Shown here one piece after another: positions 53,126 through 62,013 of a DNA stretch of 64,000 bases. Position 1 is the first letter of the stretch. Every line of letters starts with the position of its first letter. Origin of the DNA: an uncultured virus (IMG/VR IMGVR_UViG_3300034106_004022) (Duplodnaviria; Heunggongvirae; Uroviricota; Caudoviricetes); IMG/VR virus record IMGVR_UViG_3300034106_004022, positions 1 to 64,000 of that record, one strand, 5' to 3'. The notes under the pieces were generated by a model, which was not told where the DNA came from, did no database searches, and worked only from the letters and a program-made list of their open reading frames with translations. Position numbers and translations under genes: made by a program.

Positions 53126-55135
53126 ATGGAGAAAAACGACTTCCTTTTAGACTTATTGCATGAGTTAGCCTATCGTTCCGATGAAGGTTATCCTATATTG
53201 AGTAAACAATCACACATTTATCTTATATCTGAGATATTAGATGAGTGGGGATATACTCATATAAAAAATGAACTTATTCAAAATCTTACTGAAGCTAGTG
53301 AAGAGAAACACTATTCATCACCCGCACTTAATAAGACCGTTAAATACAAAGATAGAGATGGTAAGGATAAAGAAGGTTTAGTTGGTTCATTACTTAGATT
53401 AGCTAAAGACCAACCTGGTAGAGAAGCGGCTGAAAGAGCATTACCTGCTGATGGAACACCTGAAAGAGAAAAAATAAATAATGAATTAGGTGGTGAAGGA
53501 CAACCTAATAGAAATATAGAAAAAGAAAAGGAAGATAAAGCTGATGTTGAAGCTGGAAAGGCTGGCGAAGCACCTGCTGAAGCGGAACCACCACAACCTG
53601 CTGTATTTGCTGGACAGGGTGGTGATTCATATAGAGCTGGGTTATCACCTAATGACCCTGCGTATCAACCAACTAAGGATACTGCTGAAAAAGAAATGGC
53701 ATCTCCTAAGAGAGAAATAGCTGGTAAAGATAAAACACTTACTAAAATAAATTCAATTGAAAGTGAGGAGTTTAATAAAAGTATTCAACCAAGCGATGAG
53801 GAATTTGATATTAAAAATAAAAAAATAGCAAATCCGATTCCACCTCAACCATATAAGTTACCAGCATCATTAATTGAAAATCCTAAATTTCCTAAAAAGT
53901 ATTTAACTGCATTGGAAAGAATGATGAATACAAAACCAACTGGAGATGGTACAAAATGGACACATTATAGTGATTTACCTGGAGGACAAGGCCAAATATC
54001 TGCACAGGCCGGTGAGTTAATGACGATGATGGGTACATCTATGAATGCTGATGAATTTAATGAATTTACTGATTCATTATCAACGCATGAGGCTGAGTTA
54101 ATAAAAAACAATCCAAAATTAAAAACTGAAGGAAGTCGTATTATAACAAAGAGTTGGATTCAATCCGCTAGAAATAATAGACAGGCTATTTTAAATAGAA
54201 TTACAAAAGAATACCCAAACTCAAAAATAGTTGCAACTGCTTGGGATACTAAAGATGATGTTGAATCATTGGGATTATCAGATTATGGTAAAAACAAAGG
54301 ATTCTCAACTGATATGTATATTAAGATAAAAACTGAAAATGGTGATGAGATATTAGATGAGGTTTCTTTGAAAAAATCAACTGAAGTAAACTTTTTAAAT
54401 TCTGGTGCTGGTAAATTTATGGAATGGGATTCTGATTTACCAGATAACATAAACCAAAATGTTTATAAAGAAAATCAAAGAGCTAGATTAAGTGAAACTG
54501 GTACAAACCTAAAATCAGAAATTGAAAAATTATTAGCTAGTGGTTCAGATGAGTCTGTAAAGTTAAAAACTATATTTGATGAAAAGGGAACTACATTTGC
54601 AGATGCATTAAATGACCTTATTAAAGGTAAAGGAAGTAGAGCTAAATCTAAAGTGATATTAGCAAGTATTAAAACATTAGCAGATGGTGGAAATGATATA
54701 GCTAAACAATATATTATGGAAAATGATAAAATCCATAAAGAATTCCAATCAAATGCAATAAAGGCAATTACGGAAAATCCAAAAATGAAAGAAGGTATGT
54801 TAAATGAGATTCGTTCTGAATTTCCACTCAAAGCTGTTTCTGATGGTGAAGAATCTATGGCAATTGGTTCAAATTCATTAGATAAAGCTATTATGAAAAA
54901 CATATTTGGAACATCTGATTACGATATGATAAAAGAAAAGTTGAGTGCTGAAACAGGTCCTCCTCCATTTTTAGGATATCAAGCTGAAGTGGGTGGAAAG
55001 ATAATTCCATTGGCTGAAATTAAAGTTAGAGAAGATGGTGTTGGGTATGGTGGACAGATTAAATTTGAAATGACATTGGATAAACGATTTGCTAAAGTAT
55101 TGAAAACAGCAAATGATGAAGTTTACAAATCATAA
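53126..55135 (+). CDS. Large hypothetical protein with a possible PD-(D/E)xK nuclease-like domain
   Basis: The ATG at 53126 is preferred because the 53036 start overlaps the polymerase gene. Contains QAGEL...STDMYIK...DEVSLKK and an acidic, Pro-rich linker. Confidence 0.55.
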   Translation: MEKNDFLLDLLHELAYRSDEGYPILSKQSHIYLISEILDEWGYTHIKNELIQNLTEASEEKHYSSPALNKTVKYKDRDGKDKEGLVGSLLRLAKDQPGREAAERALPADGTPEREKINNELGGEGQPNRNIEKEKEDKADVEAGKAGEAPAEAEPPQPAVFAGQGGDSYRAGLSPNDPAYQPTKDTAEKEMASPKREIAGKDKTLTKINSIESEEFNKSIQPSDEEFDIKNKKIANPIPPQPYKLPASLIENPKFPKKYLTALERMMNTKPTGDGTKWTHYSDLPGGQGQISAQAGELMTMMGTSMNADEFNEFTDSLSTHEAELIKNNPKLKTEGSRIITKSWIQSARNNRQAILNRITKEYPNSKIVATAWDTKDDVESLGLSDYGKNKGFSTDMYIKIKTENGDEILDEVSLKKSTEVNFLNSGAGKFMEWDSDLPDNINQNVYKENQRARLSETGTNLKSEIEKLLASGSDESVKLKTIFDEKGTTFADALNDLIKGKGSRAKSKVILASIKTLADGGNDIAKQYIMENDKIHKEFQSNAIKAITENPKMKEGMLNEIRSEFPLKAVSDGEESMAIGSNSLDKAIMKNIFGTSDYDMIKEKLSAETGPPPFLGYQAEVGGKIIPLAEIKVREDGVGYGGQIKFEMTLDKRFAKVLKTANDEVYKS

Positions 55136-55158
55136 AATAACCTTTGAAATTTAATTTT

Positions 55159-55167
55159 ATATTTATA
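55159..55167 (+). promoter_or_regulatory. Putative late promoter (ATATTTATA)
   Basis: Recurring motif, ending 37 nt before the ATG at 55205. Confidence 0.55.
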
Positions 55168-55204
55168 TGGGATTAATAACCCCCTTTATAATAAAAACTA
55201 ATAT

Positions 55205-55600
55205 ATGAAAACACAATTATTGTGTACATTTACAACGAAAGATGGATTACAACAAACTCTACAAAATATAAGAGAGACATACGTTATTGTCTATAATTAT
55301 ATTTATATTTTACAGAACAAAACTGATTTATCCGAATTGTACATAACGTACAATATCAATACCGAATATAAACCAACATATCCATTAGAGGATACAATTC
55401 TTATTCATAGAAAAAAAGAATCAAATACCTTATACACAATTAATGCTTTAAACCAATTGGTGAAAGAAGAAAATAATGGAGTATTGGATAACAAATTTAT
55501 GTTGGATTGGGCCAAATTTAAGAACTCAATAATACTTACCAATACAGATGGTACAAAACGAATACAAACTAGAGTATTTGAGGTTATAGAATTTAAATAA
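55205..55600 (+). CDS. Hypothetical protein
   Basis: 131 aa, QLLCTFT...TYNI...HRKKESNTLYTINALN; function not recognised. Confidence 0.65.
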   Translation: MKTQLLCTFTTKDGLQQTLQNIRETYVIVYNYIYILQNKTDLSELYITYNINTEYKPTYPLEDTILIHRKKESNTLYTINALNQLVKEENNGVLDNKFMLDWAKFKNSIILTNTDGTKRIQTRVFEVIEFK

Positions 55601-55626
55601 CAAAAAAACAATAAGGAATATCTAAA

Positions 55627-56022
55627 ATGTTTATACCAAATCATTTACATTTACTTGTAAAGGGAAGCATTAAAACTCCACCTCAAACGGAAAAAATACT
55701 AAACGTTTGGTTTAGTGAATTAGTTAATAAAGTAGGAATGAAAGTAGTTGCCGGTCCTACATCGGTTTATGTTAACGAACCGGGCAACGAAGGAATAACG
55801 GGAACAGTAACATTAGCAACATCGCATGCTAGTATTCACGTTTGGGATAATGATAATCCACCAATGTTCCAATTTGATTTATATAGTTGTTCAGATTTTA
55901 CTGCAACTCAAGTATTAAATCATATAGATGAATGGTTTGGGTTGATAGAAGCTCACTACCAAATGATAGATAGAAATGGAAATGACTTTAAAATTATAGA
56001 TTCCGGTCATTTTAAAAAATAA
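55627..56022 (+). CDS. speD: Pyruvoyl-dependent S-adenosylmethionine decarboxylase-like proenzyme
   Basis: 131 aa with HLLV, G.TG...LATSHASIHVW and FDLYSC, matching the class 1b AdoMetDC pattern; the self-cleavage site reads T-SH instead of E-SH. Confidence 0.8.
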   Translation: MFIPNHLHLLVKGSIKTPPQTEKILNVWFSELVNKVGMKVVAGPTSVYVNEPGNEGITGTVTLATSHASIHVWDNDNPPMFQFDLYSCSDFTATQVLNHIDEWFGLIEAHYQMIDRNGNDFKIIDSGHFKK

Positions 56023-56044
56023 CAATTAAATAAAATAATATACT

Positions 56045-56866
56045 ATGTTAGTTAAAAAAGGTGATAATAACGAAAATGTAAAAAAATTACAAGCAAAATT
56101 AGGTTTAACCGCTGATGGAGTTTTTGGTGCTGGTACTGAATCAGCTGTAAAAGCTTGGCAAACAAAAAATGGATTAACTGCTGATGGTATCGTTGGTGAT
56201 GCTACTTGGGAAAAGATGGGATTGGGTGCAAGTACTCCAACTCCTTCTGTTGCTGTACCAGCATCTTCATTTAAATTGGCAGCTCTTAAAGGACACGTTC
56301 CTGATTCTGTAATTGCTCAAATTCCAGACACTGCTTCTAAATTCAATATTACAACTCCTCTAAGATTAGCTCATTTCTTAGCACAATGTGGACACGAAAG
56401 TGGTGGATTCAAAGCCGTTACTGAGAATGTTAACTATTCAGCAGATGGATTAGTAAAAATCTTCGGAAAATACTTTAATTCAACAACTGCAGCTGCATAT
56501 GCTAGAAACCCTGAAAAGATTGCATCTAAAGTTTACGCATCAAGAATGGGTAATGGTGATGAAGCATCTAAAGACGGATTTAAATTTCGTGGACGTGGTT
56601 ATATTCAATTAACTGGTAAATCTAACTATACTAACTTCGCTAAATTCATTGGTGAAGATACTGTTGCAAATCCTGATTTGGTAGCAACTAAATATCCATT
56701 AGCTTCTGCTGCATTTTTCTTTGATTCAAATAAACTTTGGTCTATTTGTGATAAAGGTTTTGATGATGCTACTGTAACATCGGTAACTAAAAGAGTAAAT
56801 GGTGGTACTATTGGATTAGCTGATAGAATCAAACACTTCAAAGAATACTATAACTTATTAAAGTAA
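56045..56866 (+). CDS. Endolysin: peptidoglycan-binding domain plus GH19 catalytic domain
   Basis: 273 aa with LQ.KLGLTADGVFG..TE.AVKAWQ.KNGL.ADGIVG, then RLAHFLAQCGHESGGF, FRGRGYIQLTG..NY and TKRVNGG..GL.DR. Confidence 0.92.
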   Translation: MLVKKGDNNENVKKLQAKLGLTADGVFGAGTESAVKAWQTKNGLTADGIVGDATWEKMGLGASTPTPSVAVPASSFKLAALKGHVPDSVIAQIPDTASKFNITTPLRLAHFLAQCGHESGGFKAVTENVNYSADGLVKIFGKYFNSTTAAAYARNPEKIASKVYASRMGNGDEASKDGFKFRGRGYIQLTGKSNYTNFAKFIGEDTVANPDLVATKYPLASAAFFFDSNKLWSICDKGFDDATVTSVTKRVNGGTIGLADRIKHFKEYYNLLK

Positions 56867-56879
56867 TATGGGGGTTGGT

Positions 56880-57335
56880 TTATTTAACTAAACCATAATA
56901 TTCTATATTCTTAAGTGCGTTGTTAACCAACCAAGGTTCTACATTAGGTATTTTTGATAGGAATTCCAATTCATAATGATATGCTAATATTTCCTCATAA
57001 TTCGGAGGTAATTTTATGTTATGCTTTAAATAAAATAAATGTTTAGATTCATGCACTAATATAGCTGCTATGTTATTTATTGAATTAAACCTCATATCTT
57101 TTTGGGATATCATTATGGTAACTGAATCTTCTGTTGTTGAAAAATCACCATCCCAATAGGTGATATGTTTACATACATCATTAATTAATTCATATTTATT
57201 AGGGTCAACTTGTTTTATTAGTGATAATGAAGTAGCTACCTTTGCTTTCCAATTATCACCAACATCATCGATTTTAATTTGTGAGTAACAATCAAACACA
57301 AATAAAAAATTAATTAAAAGTAGAATCAGTTTCAT
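56880..57335 (-). CDS. Secreted HExxH zinc-metallopeptidase-like protein
   Basis: 151 aa with a signal peptide (MKLILLLINFLFVFDCYS-Q), ILVHESKH and a downstream EE..AY. It is the only credible minus-strand gene and has ATATTTATT on the minus strand at 57344-57352. Confidence 0.65.
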   Translation of the reverse strand: MKLILLLINFLFVFDCYSQIKIDDVGDNWKAKVATSLSLIKQVDPNKYELINDVCKHITYWDGDFSTTEDSVTIMISQKDMRFNSINNIAAILVHESKHLFYLKHNIKLPPNYEEILAYHYELEFLSKIPNVEPWLVNNALKNIEYYGLVK

Positions 57336-57384
57336 ATTTTATCAATAAATATTTAAAAAAGTTAGATAAAATTGTAATCGCTAC

Positions 57385-57393
57385 ATATTTATA
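57385..57393 (+). promoter_or_regulatory. Putative late promoter (ATATTTATA) heading the secreted-protein cluster
   Basis: Recurring motif, ending 20 nt before the ATG at 57414. Confidence 0.55.
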
Positions 57394-57413
57394 GGAAACA
57401 TTATATAAAACGG

Positions 57414-59318
57414 ATGAAAAAACTATTATTTTTACTGCTGGTATCATTAGTACCAATCTTTGGGTATTCACAAACTTGCCCAACGCCAACAACTTCTGGT
57501 GTTTTTATAACACTTGATTCAAATTATTTAGCTGGTACGGTAGCTGAAGGTTATACTAATGTAGGACTATGTTTTTACAACAATACAACAACTGATATAA
57601 CAGCATTTCAGTTTAGAGTTTATTATGATACACAAGCTTTCACTGGGGTAGACACACTTACTACATTGAATACAACATTTTCTCAGAACCTAAAATATGT
57701 TGATAATCCGGCTGCTGGTTATGTAACTGTCACAATGACTTATACTGGTAGTTCATCTACTTTTGAAATTCCAAATGGACCAATTGTTCAGTTGAAATTA
57801 ACTCACGTAGCTGGATTTGCATCATTATCAACTATTGCTGATATGTCATTTGGAGCGGTAACTTATCCAGCAATTGCATCAAAGCAAAATGGTATGGATA
57901 ACGCACTTACATTACAAAACTTTGGTGGTAATATTATACCTCAAACAATGTCTTATCATGGTAAATTTAAGAACGTAACTGGAACAGCTGCTAAGAATTT
58001 AACTGTAGCTTTAGAAAAGAAACTTAGACCAAGTGGAGCTTGGACTCAGGTTACAACTGATATGACTGATATAAATGGTGACTTTGCATTTAATGCAATT
58101 GCAATTGATACAACTGGTTATGATGTTAGATTAAAAATACAGGGAGATACGTTATCAGTTGGTAATGTAATATCTACGGCAGATGCACAAAGAGTACAAG
58201 ATTATGTATTAGGTACACAAGCACCAACTGGATTTGATTTTTACGCATCGGATGTTAATGGTGATAATGGTTTAAGTATATCGGATGCATATGGTATATT
58301 TGGTAGAATTTCTGGTAGATTCACCGCATGGCCTAATAGTGTTCAAAATGTAAAATTCTTTACACAATCTGAATATACTACTATTAATGGCTCAACAACC
58401 AATTATACATCAACAATTCCTGGTGTAACTAACTTTACGTTTAATATTGTTGCTGGACAACCTGATTCGGTTACATTCTATGTATTAGTACCGGGTGATG
58501 CAAATGGAACGGGATATCGTATGGCACGTATTACTCCAATTGAGGTTTTAGTAGGACCACAACCTGGCGTTCCATCTCAAATTTACAATGTAATTGATGC
58601 TAGGGTAGAATATGATTTTCCAACAACTTCAATTGAAGTAAATGTTCCAACATTATCAGTTCAGGAAGGTAATTTAGTTAATATACCTGTAAAGGTATTA
58701 ACAAATGGTACTGAGGTTGGTTCATTACAATTTGGATTAAAATACAACGATACTCTATTGGAATTTAAAGGAATTGAATCGAAATCAGCTACTTCAAGTT
58801 GGTTAACATATTTGAATACTAATAATAATGAAATTTCTTGGGGTGGATATGATATTAGTGGTACACATATAAAACCATTAAGAGATGGTGATGATGTTGT
58901 AACTTTAAAATTTATTGCAAAAAGACCTCAAGACCAATGGAGTACAAGTCCTCTTTGGACTACTAACAAATACGCTGGTAACAATCAATGTGTTGATTTA
59001 AGTATCACACCTACAAATGGTATTATACAGGTATTTAGAATGGCAAATGTTACTATTGATGAAATAGAGGGTATGCAAATATTCCCTAACCCAACTGATG
59101 ATTATGTTAACGTAAAATTTGAAGTTAAAGAATTTGGACCGGTTAGGTTATCAGTATATGGTCTTAATGGTATTGAATATAGGGTAGTAGTAAATGATAA
59201 TATGCCTGAAGGTAATTACCAATACCAAGTTAGTTTAGGTAACTTAATTCCAGGTGTTTATGTTGCAGTTCTTAGAAAAACTACCAATAACCTATCGAAA
59301 AAAATTATATTAAGATAA
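57414..59318 (+). CDS. Secreted protein with cohesin-like, Ig-like, dockerin-like and second cohesin-like domains and a T9SS type A C-terminal sorting domain
   Basis: 634 aa. Signal peptide ending GYS-Q; ITAFQFRVYYD and VNIPVKV...VGSLQFGLKYNDTLLEF (cohesin-like); ISTADA...DVNGDNGLSISD (dockerin-like); IFPNPTDD...LIPGVY...KKII (T9SS CTD). Confidence 0.8.
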   Translation: MKKLLFLLLVSLVPIFGYSQTCPTPTTSGVFITLDSNYLAGTVAEGYTNVGLCFYNNTTTDITAFQFRVYYDTQAFTGVDTLTTLNTTFSQNLKYVDNPAAGYVTVTMTYTGSSSTFEIPNGPIVQLKLTHVAGFASLSTIADMSFGAVTYPAIASKQNGMDNALTLQNFGGNIIPQTMSYHGKFKNVTGTAAKNLTVALEKKLRPSGAWTQVTTDMTDINGDFAFNAIAIDTTGYDVRLKIQGDTLSVGNVISTADAQRVQDYVLGTQAPTGFDFYASDVNGDNGLSISDAYGIFGRISGRFTAWPNSVQNVKFFTQSEYTTINGSTTNYTSTIPGVTNFTFNIVAGQPDSVTFYVLVPGDANGTGYRMARITPIEVLVGPQPGVPSQIYNVIDARVEYDFPTTSIEVNVPTLSVQEGNLVNIPVKVLTNGTEVGSLQFGLKYNDTLLEFKGIESKSATSSWLTYLNTNNNEISWGGYDISGTHIKPLRDGDDVVTLKFIAKRPQDQWSTSPLWTTNKYAGNNQCVDLSITPTNGIIQVFRMANVTIDEIEGMQIFPNPTDDYVNVKFEVKEFGPVRLSVYGLNGIEYRVVVNDNMPEGNYQYQVSLGNLIPGVYVAVLRKTTNNLSKKIILR

Positions 59319-59321
59319 TAA

Positions 59322-59347
59322 TATGAGGTTACAAATGTGACCTCATA
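59322..59347 (+). other. Intergenic stem-loop without a clear U tract
   Basis: TATGAGGTTAC-aaat-GTGACCTCATA forms an 11-bp stem with one G-U pair. Confidence 0.6.
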
Positions 59348-59392
59348 ATTGTTATAATCAACTCAAAACAAATTAAACAAAAAAACAATACT

Positions 59393-59716
59393 ATGTCAGA
59401 AGAAACAAACGCACCCGAATCAGAAGGAACTTGGTCAGGTTTAAAGAAAACAATTATTGGAACTCTATCAACTGCTGTATTAGCAGGTGGAACTTGGGTT
59501 ACAACAACTCTATTTAATGGTGGAGATGATAAAGAAGAAACTAAAACAGAACAAGCTGCTCCAGCTGCACCTGTAATTATCAATCTACAAAATAATAACA
59601 CTAATCAACAAAAACAATCGGGTGGTACAAATACAATTATTAAAGAAAAAACAATTGTAGAAAAACCTGCACCAGCTGCAGCACCTGCTAAACCAAAAGA
59701 AGAGGATTCTTGGTAA
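59393..59716 (+). CDS. Small membrane-anchored protein
   Basis: 107 aa with one hydrophobic segment (IIGTLSTAVLAGGTWVTTTLF) followed by a Pro/Ala/Asn/Gln-rich tail. Confidence 0.6.
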   Translation: MSEETNAPESEGTWSGLKKTIIGTLSTAVLAGGTWVTTTLFNGGDDKEETKTEQAAPAAPVIINLQNNNTNQQKQSGGTNTIIKEKTIVEKPAPAAAPAKPKEEDSW

Positions 59717-59717
59717 T

Positions 59718-60437
59718 ATGAAAAAATTAATATTAATAATTTCTTCAATTTTATTATTTTCTATTGTTAGTAATGCACAAACAATTGGAACTATTAAAAC
59801 CGAAGAATATAAAGCTGATTTTGAAAAAAAACAATCTATTGCAGTTGTAGGTGACTATGATGGTGATATCGTTTTACCAATTCAAGTTTTAAAAATTGGT
59901 ATTAACGAAGAACTTTACGAAATGTATCCTGAGTTAAAGGATAAGAGAGTTGGGCTTGGTGTTGCTAATATTGTTTTAGAATTCTTAGAGTCAACAGATA
60001 GATTTAAGTTTACTGAGGACCGTGAGGAGATTAAACAAAAAATGATTGCACAGGATAAGGCATCTGATAAGGGTATATCAAGTAATAAGATAGAAGTGAA
60101 GGGTAATGTTATTTTAGCAAAATACTTCGTTTATATTGAGGTATATGACTTTTCAGTATCCGAAGATGAACAAATCAAAATGACTGATGGTTCAAAAACA
60201 ACTCAAACAACTCGTTTGGGTTTACAGGTTAGATTCGTTGATGCTGAAACTGGTGAAATTATTACCGGTAGTGGTTTGGGTGAAGCAAGTACAGTTAAAA
60301 CTGCATCATTATTAGATGGTGTTGATGACATTAAATTTAACCAATCAACTATTGGTATATCAACTAAGAAAGCTCTTGAAACTGGAGCATCTAGAGTTGT
60401 TTCAAAAATGATTAAAAAGGGAATATTTAAAAGTTAA
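59718..60437 (+). CDS. Secreted CsgG/HfaB-like protein
   Basis: 239 aa. Signal peptide ending SNA-Q; LGVANIVLEFLESTDRFKFTE, AKYFVYIEVYDF and LQVRFVDAETGEII match the CsgG-family pattern. Confidence 0.7.
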   Translation: MKKLILIISSILLFSIVSNAQTIGTIKTEEYKADFEKKQSIAVVGDYDGDIVLPIQVLKIGINEELYEMYPELKDKRVGLGVANIVLEFLESTDRFKFTEDREEIKQKMIAQDKASDKGISSNKIEVKGNVILAKYFVYIEVYDFSVSEDEQIKMTDGSKTTQTTRLGLQVRFVDAETGEIITGSGLGEASTVKTASLLDGVDDIKFNQSTIGISTKKALETGASRVVSKMIKKGIFKS

Positions 60438-60442
60438 ATATA

Positions 60443-60805
60443 ATGGGCAAAATAAGTGAATTTTTCGGTGGTAAATCTGATTATGTTAAAGTAGATGATA
60501 AAAATCGTTTCTATTTTATGTTGCAACAAATGCAAAATAATCGTTGGAGAATTACCGCAATTATATTAGGGTTATTTACCTTAATTATTGTTGGAATCAA
60601 CTCTGGTGTATTTTTTGGTGTAGAAATTGGACAAGACTGGAAAGAAATGTTATTAATTTTATTAGGTGCCTTTGTTGGTAACTTAAATAAAGTTATAGAT
60701 TATTGGTTCAACTCTGAAGATAGAGACAAAATGTTAATCCAAAAGGTAGATGAAGAGGATGGCGTATCTTTATCTAATACATTGGATTCGCAAGATGAAA
60801 ATTAA
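60443..60805 (+). CDS. Two-transmembrane membrane protein
   Basis: 120 aa with two hydrophobic helices followed by VIDYWFNS. Confidence 0.6.
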   Translation: MGKISEFFGGKSDYVKVDDKNRFYFMLQQMQNNRWRITAIILGLFTLIIVGINSGVFFGVEIGQDWKEMLLILLGAFVGNLNKVIDYWFNSEDRDKMLIQKVDEEDGVSLSNTLDSQDEN

Positions 60806-62012
60806 AAAACTTTTAATAACAATAAGTTTTTTGTTCTCTACTATGGTGGTGTTAGGACAAGGGTTCTCATATACATTTACAGACCCATGTACCTTAAAAT
60901 CCAAAGATATTTTTATTAATAGCCCAAATGGTAGCGTATCATTAATATATTCTGGGCAAATTCAAAGTTTTACTCAAACACAATTACAATCCGGTGCATT
61001 AGAAAGTTGGATTAATCAAGTTAATGCGAGTAATCCGCAAGGTTCCGGCCCTTGTGGTGGTGTTGGTATAGCACAAAGTACCAATTTAAATGTAACGGTT
61101 GCAGCTAATAATATAGCAGTGTTAACAAGCGTTATGTCAACCATGTCATCACTTTCATCTATAAGTGGAGCAGCTGGTTCAGCAATACAAGGTACAGTTC
61201 AGAGTAATGAAAAAGTCGCATCTAACGGCAATAAATCAGATGATAAAAATGGTACATCTGGTAGTTCATCGCAATCAACTAAATCAAAAGGAGAATCGGA
61301 AGAAAAAACAGGTGAAGAAAAAGCTGAAGAGGCTGTATCATCTTCATCATCTAATTCATCTCAGGTTAAAGCTAAAGTAGCAGCTGTTAAACGTGGTAAT
61401 ATTATGATGACTGGTGATATTGTTACTATATCAAGTGCTTCTGGTAATGAACCACAACAACTTAAAATTAATATGAGTTTTATCACATCAAATACTGAGA
61501 ATACATTTGCTAAAGGGGCTTTGGTAAATTATACTACTGCAATTGATAATTCTTGTATAACACTATTTGCAGCTTGGAGACGTAAAAACTTAACATCAAT
61601 AGTTGCAAATTCATCTATGTTGAATTTTGAAAAGGATTATTTTAATACAACATCGATAATGGAATCGTATAAAATAAAAAAAATAACAGCAACGTTGGGA
61701 GTAAATTATACTACTGGTAATATTGGTGAATCCAAATTCCAAAGTTTATCAACTTTAGGCGGAGTTGTTGGTAATTTCGATGTAGGAAAAAAAATGAGTA
61801 CTACATTGATGTTTGTTACAGTATATTCACCATTTGTATATTATTATGAAGGCATGTGGTATCAATCGGGACTATTAGCAGTTCCATTTGTTGCAATTGA
61901 TTACAAGCTAACTCAGAAATTTAAAATGAACATCAGTTTTAGTGGTGTTCAACAATTTAAGAGTGATGCTATAAACTACCAAGTATTACTTGGTGCTAAA
62001 GCACTTTTATAA
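60795..62012 (+). CDS. Secreted protein with a probable C-terminal outer-membrane beta-barrel
   Basis: The ATG at 60795 gives the signal peptide MKIKKLLITISFLFSTMVVLG-Q. A Ser/Lys/Glu-rich linker follows, and the last roughly 190 aa show alternating amphipathic strands ending YQVLLGAKALL. Confidence 0.6.
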   Translation: MKIKKLLITISFLFSTMVVLGQGFSYTFTDPCTLKSKDIFINSPNGSVSLIYSGQIQSFTQTQLQSGALESWINQVNASNPQGSGPCGGVGIAQSTNLNVTVAANNIAVLTSVMSTMSSLSSISGAAGSAIQGTVQSNEKVASNGNKSDDKNGTSGSSSQSTKSKGESEEKTGEEKAEEAVSSSSSNSSQVKAKVAAVKRGNIMMTGDIVTISSASGNEPQQLKINMSFITSNTENTFAKGALVNYTTAIDNSCITLFAAWRRKNLTSIVANSSMLNFEKDYFNTTSIMESYKIKKITATLGVNYTTGNIGESKFQSLSTLGGVVGNFDVGKKMSTTLMFVTVYSPFVYYYEGMWYQSGLLAVPFVAIDYKLTQKFKMNISFSGVQQFKSDAINYQVLLGAKALL

Positions 62013-62013
62013 A

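Noticed and set aside
60443..60805. Two-TM protein as the holin
   Set aside because: Possible but unsupported: it lies 3.6 kb from the endolysin inside the secreted-protein cluster, and I recognise no holin family motif with confidence.
53036..62013. Upstream starts in the ORF track at 53036, 60750 and 61990
   Set aside because: They overlap the preceding genes. Starts at 53126, 60795 and 62014 fit the promoter motif or give clean signal peptides.
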